Origin: Nitrosopumilus sp.
GTDB lineage: Archaea > Thermoproteota > Nitrososphaeria > Nitrososphaerales > Nitrosopumilaceae
NCBI GenBank assembly: GCA_965206745.1
Contig: OZ242220.1
Coordinates: forward strand, 1,120,001-1,184,000
Length of the DNA stretch: 64,000 nucleotides
Direction: 5' to 3'
Shown here: positions 34,375 through 43,703 of the stretch, piece after piece
Layout of the letters: each line of letters begins with the position of its first letter
Numbering within the stretch: the stretch's first letter is position 1
Notes under the pieces: model-generated
The model's input: only the letters and a program-made list of their open reading frames with translations
Database searches by the model: none
What the model was told of the DNA's origin: nothing
Made by a program: the position numbers and the translations under genes

Positions 34375-36147
34375 ATGCTGAAATTTCAAGGCAAACTCGC
34401 ACTAATTACTGGCGGTGGTACAGGCATAGGCCAAGCAATCGCCAAGAGGTTCGTAGAAAACGGTGCCAGCGTAATCATCATGGGTAGACGAAGGGAGCCA
34501 TTAGATGAAACATCAAAGATGCTAGAGGGGATCATCTCTGAAAAAAATAGCGGGGCATCAGTCAGGATATTTTCAGGTGTGGATGTCGCAGATGAAGCTG
34601 CAATGAATGGAATGTTTGAATCACTAAGTAAAGACAGCATTACAATAGATTACCTAATTAACAACGCAGGAGTTTCAGGTCCCGTAACGTGTTTTGCAAA
34701 TGCGACAATGGATGAATTTAAAAGTACAATAGCAATTCACCTGACAGGTACGTTTTGGGGATCTGTTCAAGCATTAAAGGTAATGAAACAGGGCGCAAAA
34801 ATAATTACAATCTCAACATTTTTCACAGAGGAGCGACCATTAGAACAGAGGCCCTACAGGTTTAGAAGTCCATATACAGCATCACAGGGCGCCAAAAATA
34901 GATTGGCAGAGCTGATGTCTTGGGAATTGACAGAGAAGGGGATTATTTCAATTGCGACAAATCCAGGCCCCGTTCATTCAGATAGGATTTACAAGACGGT
35001 GTATCCAAAAGCCGCTGCAGAATTTATGAGGGTCAGTGGATTCGAAGATCTAGTTCCCACAGAGGTGGATGCAGCAAATAAAGAACTGTTGGCATTGCTA
35101 GGAGAGGACGAGGGAGTAATCAAAGAAGGAATTGCAAAAGCTGCTCAAAAACTGGCAAACGGTAAGGATGCCAGCAAGCTTGCAGAGACGTTTACAAACC
35201 TACTAAATAAGATTCAAACCATAGCTGAAAAAGTTCAAAACAACACATCGCATATGATTGCAAACCAAGAATTTCTATCACAGGAGCAGGTTTCAGAATC
35301 AGTTCTTAACTTGTGCGATGATCATATAGCAAAAATACTAAACGGCAAAGTGATTCCAGGGGACAGAGTGTTTTATCCTGTAAAACCTCACATCGGAACT
35401 ACAACGCCGGGAGTCCACCAACCTGACTTTGCAGGAAAAGCAGTTGTCTTTACAATTGATGCAACAGACAAAACAGATGCGCAGAGGGTTGAATTTTTGG
35501 CACAGCATGTTGAAAAGAACGGAGGCAAAGTAGCATGCTTTATCTCACAGACGACCCCGACAGAACTTCAAGAATACATCAGTGGCAAATTCCACTCACA
35601 TGTTGTAGATATTAAAAATGCCAAAGAGGTTGAGAGGTGGCTAAACACGGCCAGAACAAACATCGGAGAAGTTCTAGGAGTGGTTCACGTTACAGGAAGG
35701 TTGACTGAGGGCATAAAGTTAACAGAACTGTCACGTGCTCAATGGGAAGCACTAGTTGAGAAATTCATATCCACCCCTGCAAATGTGGCACAAAGGGCAC
35801 TAGAGCAGTTCGTACCGGGAGGAAACAGAGATCCTCGACTGTACAAAGATGCAAGGGGAGCAATCATGATTATCGGCCCCGACCTGCCAATTGGGAGAAA
35901 AGTGACCGGAACACAAAGGGCACAAATAGAAGTCTTTAGGGGGGCACTAAGGCCATTTACCACAACTGTAAACCAGGAGCTAAGCGATGTGCTAAAATCA
36001 CGGATCAGAATGTTTACAGTCCTCCCAGGTTCTGTAACAGGTTCAGAGCCAGATAACCAAAGAATTGCAGATGCATTTAACTTTCTAGTCTCGGAGAGCT
36101 CTGCCTCATCGTCAGAAGTGACCTTCTGTATAGACGAATCAAGATAA
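34375..36147 (+). CDS. Two-domain SDR family oxidoreductase
   Basis: TGGGTGIG, NNAG, YRFRSPYTASQGAK, PGPV; degenerate second SDR domain. Confidence 0.88.
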   Translation: MLKFQGKLALITGGGTGIGQAIAKRFVENGASVIIMGRRREPLDETSKMLEGIISEKNSGASVRIFSGVDVADEAAMNGMFESLSKDSITIDYLINNAGVSGPVTCFANATMDEFKSTIAIHLTGTFWGSVQALKVMKQGAKIITISTFFTEERPLEQRPYRFRSPYTASQGAKNRLAELMSWELTEKGIISIATNPGPVHSDRIYKTVYPKAAAEFMRVSGFEDLVPTEVDAANKELLALLGEDEGVIKEGIAKAAQKLANGKDASKLAETFTNLLNKIQTIAEKVQNNTSHMIANQEFLSQEQVSESVLNLCDDHIAKILNGKVIPGDRVFYPVKPHIGTTTPGVHQPDFAGKAVVFTIDATDKTDAQRVEFLAQHVEKNGGKVACFISQTTPTELQEYISGKFHSHVVDIKNAKEVERWLNTARTNIGEVLGVVHVTGRLTEGIKLTELSRAQWEALVEKFISTPANVAQRALEQFVPGGNRDPRLYKDARGAIMIIGPDLPIGRKVTGTQRAQIEVFRGALRPFTTTVNQELSDVLKSRIRMFTVLPGSVTGSEPDNQRIADAFNFLVSESSASSSEVTFCIDESR

Positions 36148-36149
36148 GA

Positions 36150-36602
36150 ATGATAAAGTTCTCAGAGTTTAGAGTGGGTGATGCATTTTATTCCACATGC
36201 AGTATTTCAGACAAAGAGCTAGAAGAATATCTAAAATTTTCCAGAGTCAAAAACGCATTCTTGAAAGATAAAAGAGACGGTGGGCGACAACTAGTATCCG
36301 GAAGAGCAATCCTGTCAAGGATGGAGGGGGAATTTACCAGACTGACTCAGGTTTATGGAAATGATATAATTTTTCTTGGGACAGACGGGGATTCTCAATG
36401 GAAAAATAGGAACACCAGATTTCTCAAACCATTCTATACGGATCAGGTATTGAAATTGAAATTTACAATTTCACAAAAAGAAGACATTGATGAAGAATTT
36501 GGGAAAATTTTTGTTGATTATGAGGGGACCTTGCAAGAGGGCAAAATCATAGTAATATCAAAGAAGAATATCTACAGGATTAAAAAAGAGCCACCCAGAT
36601 AG
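36150..36602 (+). CDS. MaoC-like hotdog-fold protein
   Basis: FRVGD, LVSGRAILS, RFLKPFY pattern; 2 nt after the SDR stop. Confidence 0.65.
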   Translation: MIKFSEFRVGDAFYSTCSISDKELEEYLKFSRVKNAFLKDKRDGGRQLVSGRAILSRMEGEFTRLTQVYGNDIIFLGTDGDSQWKNRNTRFLKPFYTDQVLKLKFTISQKEDIDEEFGKIFVDYEGTLQEGKIIVISKKNIYRIKKEPPR

Positions 36603-36611
36603 AATTCAAAA

Positions 36612-36674
36612 TCAATCTTCTGATTCTTCATCGTCTCTTCTTGACGGCCTTATAGGGACAAACATTATGGTCAT
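36612..36674 (-). CDS. Candidate 20-aa peptide MTIMFVPIRPSRRDDEESED
   Basis: ATG-to-TGA ORF with TATA-like TTAAATA ending 22 nt upstream. Confidence 0.3.
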   Translation of the reverse strand: MTIMFVPIRPSRRDDEESED

Positions 36675-36852
36675 ATGAAAGATTGATTTGTTTTGTATTT
36701 AACAGAGACGTACAAATCATACTTGAATTATTTCAACATGCAAGACAAAATCCAAGTTTCCGCGCATTATCCCGAGAGGCCAGTCAAGTCGGAGTGTTTC
36801 GAATTACTGTTCAGTCATATGCTTGAGGGAATTCCTCTTTAATCATCAAAAA

Positions 36853-37623
36853 TTAAATTCTTGAAAAAAATAATTCAAGTGAATTTTCAAATTGCTTATT
36901 TAATTTTTGAAGATGGGCCGTATCTACCAAAAGAGCCTGTTCATCAAACCAAGGTTTTGACAAATACAAATTCCTATTCATCTCAACTTGAATCCAAGGA
37001 ATCGGGTTATTTCCATATGTTCTGATAATACGCCCTCCATGAAACGGGTCATTTAGGGAGATGTCTTTTCTGCCTATGCCATAAGATTCTGAGATAGAGT
37101 CAGCTAAAAGTTCCAACATCTCTTGTGATGATGTTTCCCCATCATTGTTTGACAAACAAAACAACGGTCTCTTGTTGTTATTTCCATCTGGTGAAATTTC
37201 TGGCGCAACTGATGCCATAGAATGACAATCCAAACACAATTGTAAATCTAGTTTTTTGAGAGATTGTTCAATAGATTTATGATACGGGTTATAATACAAC
37301 TCGATCAGTAGAGTTCTAAGAGCATCATCAGGTTCCTTATTTTCAACATAGATTGGTTTCCGATAACAAGTCAAACTCTTGATCAAGCCGTCGGGATTAT
37401 CAGGAGGCATGTCTTGTAATGAACGATTAAGATCAACAAATGCGCGGGCAATATTTGTCTTGATTACACGTTGAACTTTATCCCCTAAATCATACAGATC
37501 CACTGCAAAAGGATCTGAATCATCAAACAGATCTTTGTGTGTAATAGACAAATGGCCTGCAAGTTCTGCAGGCTTTTGCATCCCACCGTGCGGAATTGAT
37601 AGCAATACAGGAAGTGTATTCAA
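36853..37623 (-). CDS. N-formylglutamate amidohydrolase family protein
   Basis: SIPHGG, DSD, RAFVDLNR, YYNPYH, DCHSM, IQVEMNR. Confidence 0.9.
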   Translation of the reverse strand: MNTLPVLLSIPHGGMQKPAELAGHLSITHKDLFDDSDPFAVDLYDLGDKVQRVIKTNIARAFVDLNRSLQDMPPDNPDGLIKSLTCYRKPIYVENKEPDDALRTLLIELYYNPYHKSIEQSLKKLDLQLCLDCHSMASVAPEISPDGNNNKRPLFCLSNNDGETSSQEMLELLADSISESYGIGRKDISLNDPFHGGRIIRTYGNNPIPWIQVEMNRNLYLSKPWFDEQALLVDTAHLQKLNKQFENSLELFFSRI

Positions 37624-39252
37624 TTAAATGCCCTCTGCGATCCCATCACGCCTGACCTCTGCCACGCCATGAAATTCATTTTTCGATTGACATTTCATTA
37701 TTGCATGAATTGCACCATGATAAAACGAGTATCTGTCCTTTACAGAAATTTCATAGCCCATTTCCTTGAGATATTCAATTATTTCAGTACGAAATCCCCC
37801 ATCCTCAATGCTGACAGTGCCATTAATGGAGCAATGGAATCGGGGTTTCTCTATTGCAGTACTCATTGACAGATCCCCATCAATTAGCCTTGAAAGAAAC
37901 TGCGTGATGGTAGAGAAGATCCTCTGGCTGCCAGGACTGCCAAGCACCATCCAGAGCTTTGAATTGTTGAAGACCAAGGCAGGGGATACAGAAGTCCAAG
38001 GAATGGAGTTGGGTCTGACATAGAAAGGATGGTTCGGATTTGTGAATTCAAATGCAGACATGTAATTATTGTATAGAAACCCCAAGCCATCAGCTGCTGT
38101 CTTTGAACCATACACAAGTTCCACGGACTGGGTGATCCCTACTGCATTTCCTTGATCATCCATGGTGGAGAGATGGGTTGTGTCTTCGCCTCCAAAATCA
38201 GGATCTATCATCGGCAAAGTGGCATCCATCGAATTGTGTATTGATTCGGCCATCTGTTTTGCAAAGGATCTTTGGAGATGAACCTTCTCCTCAATTTGAT
38301 CATAGGTATGGCGGTTAAATGGCTGTTGCATTCTGTGCAGGAATGCCTTTCTGAAAGTTTCTGCAACAAAATGGTACGAGCCGGGTTTTGAGCTACGTAG
38401 AAACTTTGAAGGCAGATGGTTGAGCATCATCAATGTAAGTAGCAATGTATTTCCCGCAGCAGGAGGGGGCAGAGTGACGACTGAAACGTGACGGTATTTT
38501 CTGCTAATGGTCTTTCTTTGAATGGGTTCAGGAATATATGCCAAATCTTCTTCCTGAATCAACCCACCATTATTTTTCATGTCCTGGGCAATTTTTTTGG
38601 CAATTTCACCATGGTAAAAAATCTGATACCCGTATTTTGAGATCAATGTGAGTGTTTCAGACAGATCTTCTTGGATGAATCTATCCCCGACATCATATGG
38701 CACTAGGCCGTCTTTGAGAAAGTATTTTGCTCCAGATTTTGACTTGATCGAAAGGAAATTTTCCAGCTCCTTCTCTTGCAAATCATGTTGGAGTTGGGTG
38801 ATTTTGTATCCTTTTTTTGCAATGTGGATTGACGGCGCAACAATTTTTTGCCACTCTAAACTACCGTACCTTTCATGTAAAAATCCAATCAAGGCAAGAG
38901 TACTAGGAACAGTGGTTGCCTTGTATCCAAGACGACGATTTTTCTTGTTTGCATATACAGAAGAGTGAACCAGTGAGGGGGACCTGCTAGAACCGTCAAT
39001 TGCGTATGATTTTCCATCGACATGGATAATCCCCATAGATTGGCCTCCGATTCCAGATGCCTGAGGCTCACACACACCCAACGCAAGGGCAGTCGCACAG
39101 GCAGCATCAATGGCATTTCCGCCTTTTTTGAGCATGTCTACTCCAGCTTTAGTAGCATCAGAAAAGGCTGATGAGACCATTCCTTTTTTTGCAACAGAGC
39201 ATTTTTTGTCAGATGTCTGTTTGAACGAATTTTCTATCTGCTCGACGTTCAT
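37624..39252 (-). CDS. ggt: Gamma-glutamyltransferase (cytoplasmic, no signal peptide)
   Basis: GGNAIDAA, EPQASGIGG, autoprocessing site DTTHLSTMD, GSPGS. Confidence 0.92.
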   Translation of the reverse strand: MNVEQIENSFKQTSDKKCSVAKKGMVSSAFSDATKAGVDMLKKGGNAIDAACATALALGVCEPQASGIGGQSMGIIHVDGKSYAIDGSSRSPSLVHSSVYANKKNRRLGYKATTVPSTLALIGFLHERYGSLEWQKIVAPSIHIAKKGYKITQLQHDLQEKELENFLSIKSKSGAKYFLKDGLVPYDVGDRFIQEDLSETLTLISKYGYQIFYHGEIAKKIAQDMKNNGGLIQEEDLAYIPEPIQRKTISRKYRHVSVVTLPPPAAGNTLLLTLMMLNHLPSKFLRSSKPGSYHFVAETFRKAFLHRMQQPFNRHTYDQIEEKVHLQRSFAKQMAESIHNSMDATLPMIDPDFGGEDTTHLSTMDDQGNAVGITQSVELVYGSKTAADGLGFLYNNYMSAFEFTNPNHPFYVRPNSIPWTSVSPALVFNNSKLWMVLGSPGSQRIFSTITQFLSRLIDGDLSMSTAIEKPRFHCSINGTVSIEDGGFRTEIIEYLKEMGYEISVKDRYSFYHGAIHAIMKCQSKNEFHGVAEVRRDGIAEGI

Positions 39253-41426
39253 TTTTTTGCTTGTCCGTTTGATGCCAGTTTGTTTAACACCAGTGCCAAC
39301 AAGACACCTCTGTCAACCATGCTGTCTTTTAAAATATATTCATTGGGAGTTCTGTAATCGGTACCAATAGGACCCATTCCTCCAACCATCGAGATGTCTT
39401 GTAAGACGTTACATAGACTAGAAGTTGCAAACCTATGTGTGGATTTAACTTTTATGTCTGCATCCTCTGCAGTTTTCTGAATCAGATCATACAAGCTTGA
39501 GATTTTTTCAGAGTTTTCCACAGGATCTCTTGTAGCTTGTTTTGAAATATGAATATCCAATTTTGATTGATCTTTCTTTTTAGCAATCCTGTGTAATTCT
39601 GAATCAAACCTTTGCCCTTGTGCTAAATTTGAATATCGTGATTCTAAAGATAATTGCCCATACTGGGGGGATCTTCCAAAAGAGGTTCTTGCTCGAAATT
39701 CAGAGATGGTAATTCTAGCATCATCATGATCTTCGGAGACTTTCTTCCAGGAGACTATTTTCTTGCACATATCAGGGATCACATCTTTGATTGTTTCATC
39801 ATGACGCCTAACGTGGGTCAGATCAACATGATACCTAGTGATGCCAGAGCAAGATGTTACAATTCCGCCGTTTTCCAGTCCCCACTTTAGCTCAATAATG
39901 TTTTTTGAGATTTTTGCAGTATCATATACTAGCTGCTTGCTAAATCTTCCACCCAAGCTATCATCAGTGATTAGTAAGACTCCACATTTTAGGTTCTTGA
40001 GCTTTCTAGCAAAACGCAGGGATTTTAGTGCTGCAAGCATGGTCACCAAACCTCCTTTACTTTCAGCAATGCCTGAACCGTAGAGCTTGTTACTAATCTT
40101 GTAAAAAGGCGTGAAATCCTGATTGGCATACCAAGTATCAAGATGTCCCAAGAGCAAAACGTCGTTTTCCTCAGAGTCATGGTTAGTAAAATACAGCATA
40201 TTTCCAACATCAAATTCGTGGTATTCTTGAACGGTGAATCCGAGGGGTGAGAGTCTCTTGGTCATCATTGTGCCAAGTTTGTTGACATCCTCCAGATTAG
40301 TTACACTAGAGTTTACATTTACAAGATGTTCAAGCAGTGCTTCGTTTGTCGTTGCATGGCTTCTGATATGGCTTCGCACTATAGAGCGTAGTGGTTGCGA
40401 TTCAACATTCTCTGAAGATTCTTCATGTTTGTGGGATTCCCCAAAATAGCGCAAGGCTGCAACATCAAGCATTTTGTTGATTAGCGAATCATATGTGTAT
40501 CCGGCACTCTGGGCGGCGGCAAAAAAGGATCCAGTAAGACCCAAGCTGGCCATGGAATTTAGCTCCAGAACATAAAAATTCCCATCTGCATTCATTCGAA
40601 AATCAACGCGGGTGAAATCATTTAATCCCAATTTTTTAAATGCCGCAAGGGAGATCCTTTTGATTTCTGCGGTTTGTTCCTCTGTTAGCAGTGCGGGACA
40701 TATTTTATCTACAGGGGTCTGTTTTTTGTCACTGATGGTCTGAATGCGGTTTGGATCCCCATTAAGATCCATCTCCACGATTGGTAGAATCTCAATATTG
40801 TTGCCATTACCCAACAATCCAACTGCAAATTCTCTGCCAGCAATAAACTGTTCCACTAAAATCTCCTGAGAATATTTCTCCATCTGTTTTACAACTGCTT
40901 TGTGTAAATCATCCCAATTATCAACTACCTCCATTCCCATGGATGTGGATTCCATTTTTGGTTTCACGATTACAGGAAATACCAGATCATCAAAGGTATC
41001 ATCAGGTGATGAAAATACCCAGAAACCAGGAGTGGGAAGATTGTTTTTCTGTAACACGATCTTCGTCATCACCTTATCTTGGACAACTGCATGAGTTTCC
41101 GGACCAGAGCCAGTATATGGAATTCCCAGCATTTCAAGCATAGCAGGTACGTGTGTGTAGCGATTCTGCCCTTGGATTCCATAAGCCATGTTAAACACCA
41201 TGCCGGGCCTCTCCCCTGAAACAACTCTTGGCATGAAATTTTTCATGTCATCGATAAAATTCATCCCTCCTTCGATGATCTTTACAGAGTGACCCCCTTT
41301 TTCCAAGGATTTGGCAACTTTCTCTACAGTTTTGGTACTATAGTGCTCTTTAGTAACCATACCAAAGACATTGATCACGTCATTTTCATCAACTGATTTT
41401 TTGTTATAAACGATAGCTACTTTCAA
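39249..41426 (-). CDS. D-Ala-D-Ala-ligase-like ATP-grasp domain fused to an M20-family peptidase-like domain
   Basis: IPYTGS, DKVMTK, VKPKMESTSMG, EQFIAGREF, RVDFR, ELN; C-terminal GHLDT, GIAESKGG. Confidence 0.88.
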   Translation of the reverse strand: MKVAIVYNKKSVDENDVINVFGMVTKEHYSTKTVEKVAKSLEKGGHSVKIIEGGMNFIDDMKNFMPRVVSGERPGMVFNMAYGIQGQNRYTHVPAMLEMLGIPYTGSGPETHAVVQDKVMTKIVLQKNNLPTPGFWVFSSPDDTFDDLVFPVIVKPKMESTSMGMEVVDNWDDLHKAVVKQMEKYSQEILVEQFIAGREFAVGLLGNGNNIEILPIVEMDLNGDPNRIQTISDKKQTPVDKICPALLTEEQTAEIKRISLAAFKKLGLNDFTRVDFRMNADGNFYVLELNSMASLGLTGSFFAAAQSAGYTYDSLINKMLDVAALRYFGESHKHEESSENVESQPLRSIVRSHIRSHATTNEALLEHLVNVNSSVTNLEDVNKLGTMMTKRLSPLGFTVQEYHEFDVGNMLYFTNHDSEENDVLLLGHLDTWYANQDFTPFYKISNKLYGSGIAESKGGLVTMLAALKSLRFARKLKNLKCGVLLITDDSLGGRFSKQLVYDTAKISKNIIELKWGLENGGIVTSCSGITRYHVDLTHVRRHDETIKDVIPDMCKKIVSWKKVSEDHDDARITISEFRARTSFGRSPQYGQLSLESRYSNLAQGQRFDSELHRIAKKKDQSKLDIHISKQATRDPVENSEKISSLYDLIQKTAEDADIKVKSTHRFATSSLCNVLQDISMVGGMGPIGTDYRTPNEYILKDSMVDRGVLLALVLNKLASNGQAKK

Positions 41427-41879
41427 TACATAATTACAGATTCAACAAGTAAAAAAACTAATCTGGACTAAATAATATTCAAACTGCCACGATGACAGGT
41501 ATTTTCACAGACGGCATAGTCAGAGGGTTTTTAGGATTTCTGACAAATTATGAAGAATTCCCCTCAATCTGCGGGTCATGAGATGATCTGATCTGTGAGG
41601 CACATAAAATATGGATTCCATTCAGATTCATAAAATTACCCATTTGGAGCTTGAGATGTAATCAATCAAATGGTTCTGCAATGATGTCTGTTATAATGCC
41701 CAGATTTTAGATGATGGTTTGAGGGTGGCTGTTTTTGCCATACAGGGCATTAGTAATTCTGGCCAAAGTCGCATTGTTGATTTCAGATCTTGCATCACCT
41801 GTTGCCCAGTTCTGCAGCGTTTAGCAAGTCTTGCAAGAATGGTTGATGTAAAACAATATCTTTAAATTAAAAAATATTT

Positions 41880-42641
41880 TTGCATGTTTCGTTGAACAGA
41901 AAGAATTTATCCATTCTTGTTATTTTGCTATCTGTCGGTATTGGTGTTAGTGTATTTCTGATGATTTTAACATCTTTTGAAGATACAGCTGAAATTTACA
42001 TTGAGGGAGATACGCTGTTTTATCATGGTGAAATTAATGAATCAAGCTATGAAAAACTAAAATCAATAACAGATGAGAATCCAAATGTCAGCACGCTTGA
42101 AATAGCATCTACCGGGGGGGATACAAAATCGGGCAAAGACATCGGAAAGATAGTGTTTGATAGAAAGCTAGACGTGGTTGTTGACGCAATTTGTTTTTCA
42201 TCATGTGCTAATTACATATTTCCCAGCGGAGTAGAGAAATTCATCAAGGAGAACAGTTTTGTTGGTTGGCATGGCTCAGAGTTCCAGTACGATGTTCTGT
42301 CTGAAATTTATGATGAATCCTCTGAAGTACTTTTAAAAAATGCGATAGCAGAGAGTTGTAACAATGATTGGTCATGTTCGATTAGTGATGAATATGTACA
42401 AAACGAGTACGAATTAATCATAAGCGGACTAGAAGATGAAGAGGGATTTTTCGATATGATTGGAATAGACAAAAATGTAACACTAAACGGGTTGTATACC
42501 CTTACGGATTCAGAATGCATTGGGTGGACTCATTCCATATCAGATATGGCCATGTATGGAATTGACAATGTGTCTTATTTGTCAGACATGCCATACCCCG
42601 ATGAGGCCATACTAGAGGAGTATGGCATTTGTCTGATTTGA
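41880..42641 (+). CDS. Membrane-anchored acidic protein with ClpP/crotonase-like motifs
   Basis: N-terminal TM segment; YHGEI, IASTGGD, CFSSCANYIF, VGWH. Confidence 0.7.
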   Translation: MHVSLNRKNLSILVILLSVGIGVSVFLMILTSFEDTAEIYIEGDTLFYHGEINESSYEKLKSITDENPNVSTLEIASTGGDTKSGKDIGKIVFDRKLDVVVDAICFSSCANYIFPSGVEKFIKENSFVGWHGSEFQYDVLSEIYDESSEVLLKNAIAESCNNDWSCSISDEYVQNEYELIISGLEDEEGFFDMIGIDKNVTLNGLYTLTDSECIGWTHSISDMAMYGIDNVSYLSDMPYPDEAILEEYGICLI

Positions 42642-42794
42642 TGGTTCTGCACAATGTCAAGTCATACTTGTGAAATTCATCAAAGATTTCAGCGGAAAAA
42701 TAAATCACATCATGCAGACTTGGCCAAGGTCTGATGCACCACGTGCTATGAAAATAATGTTTGTATTTACACACATATTTTAGAGAACAAGTTA

Positions 42795-42842
42795 CAGGAG
42801 AGCCGACTAGTCTCTCCCGCCCTTAGGCCATAAGACCTAATG
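42795..42842 (-). ncRNA. Candidate small structured RNA (two tandem hairpins)
   Basis: TTAGGTC-TTAT-GGCCTAA and CGGGAGAG-ACTAGTCGG-CTCTCCTG with G-U pairs on the minus strand; TATA-like TTTTATAC at 42865-42872. Confidence 0.35.
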
Positions 42843-42893
42843 AACAACATACATTACAAAATTAGTATAAAAACATAAAATAAGATATCGAGG

Positions 42894-43664
42894 CTAAAGA
42901 CCTAGTGGACCATTTCCGTATAGCGAATCAAAGAATAATTTTGCAGCGGCAATTAGAATGACAAGGGATACGAGGATTTGCAGATAACGCTCCTTGATAT
43001 CAACGGATAATCTTGCGCCAATCAATCCCCCAATAAAAGATCCAACAGATAGTAAGCCGGCTTGGAGAAAATCAGGATGGCCCAAAAAACTATGTACGAT
43101 GACACCTGACATTGATGCAAACAACAGAATCATTTGTGATGTTGGTGCGGCTTTTTTCATTGCCATTCCCATCCCAACCACCATCAAGGGCACAAATACA
43201 ACTCCGCCGCCGATGCCAAAAAATGACGAGATCATCCCTGCAAAAAAGCTTGCTCCAATTACAAGGACAATCATTTGTCTTGAGAGGGTCTTCTCTTTGG
43301 TCTCTAGTTTTTTTCTCAAAAATATGTATGCAGCAGATCCAATCAGCACAAACCCAAATAAAATCTTAAAAATATCTGGTGCAACATCAGTTGATACGAC
43401 TGCACCCAAAATCGTTCCAGGGATTGAGAGTAACCCAAGCTTGATGCCCAAAGAGTACTCTATGCGTTTTTGTTTTGAATAAGAGATCGTAGATGCAGTG
43501 GCATTGCTTAATGCGGCAAACAAACTACTGCTTGCAGCAACAGTCGGAGGAAATCCCAGAAATGTCAATACAGGAACAATGACTACCCCACCGCCGAGGC
43601 CAATCATAGAACCCAAAATTCCTGCTGCAAATCCCAACAGAACAAGCCATAGTTGATCAATCAT
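42894..43664 (-). CDS. Sulfite exporter TauE/SafE family membrane protein
   Basis: Duplicated GLGGGVVIVP / GIGGGVVFVP motifs, about 8 TM segments; start set at MIDQLW. Confidence 0.9.
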   Translation of the reverse strand: MIDQLWLVLLGFAAGILGSMIGLGGGVVIVPVLTFLGFPPTVAASSSLFAALSNATASTISYSKQKRIEYSLGIKLGLLSIPGTILGAVVSTDVAPDIFKILFGFVLIGSAAYIFLRKKLETKEKTLSRQMIVLVIGASFFAGMISSFFGIGGGVVFVPLMVVGMGMAMKKAAPTSQMILLFASMSGVIVHSFLGHPDFLQAGLLSVGSFIGGLIGARLSVDIKERYLQILVSLVILIAAAKLFFDSLYGNGPLGL

Positions 43665-43703
43665 CGTAATGCCAATCGTAGGATTTTCCAGCATATAATC
43701 AAA

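Noticed and set aside
39249-41426. Calling this gene ddl and inferring peptidoglycan synthesis
   Set aside because: The D-Ala binding motifs are altered, the protein is a fusion, and no mur genes are present in the window.
41470-41850. Possible universal-stress-protein pseudogene on the minus strand (ends KIPVIVAV)
   Set aside because: Only a few residues resemble the family; too weak to call.
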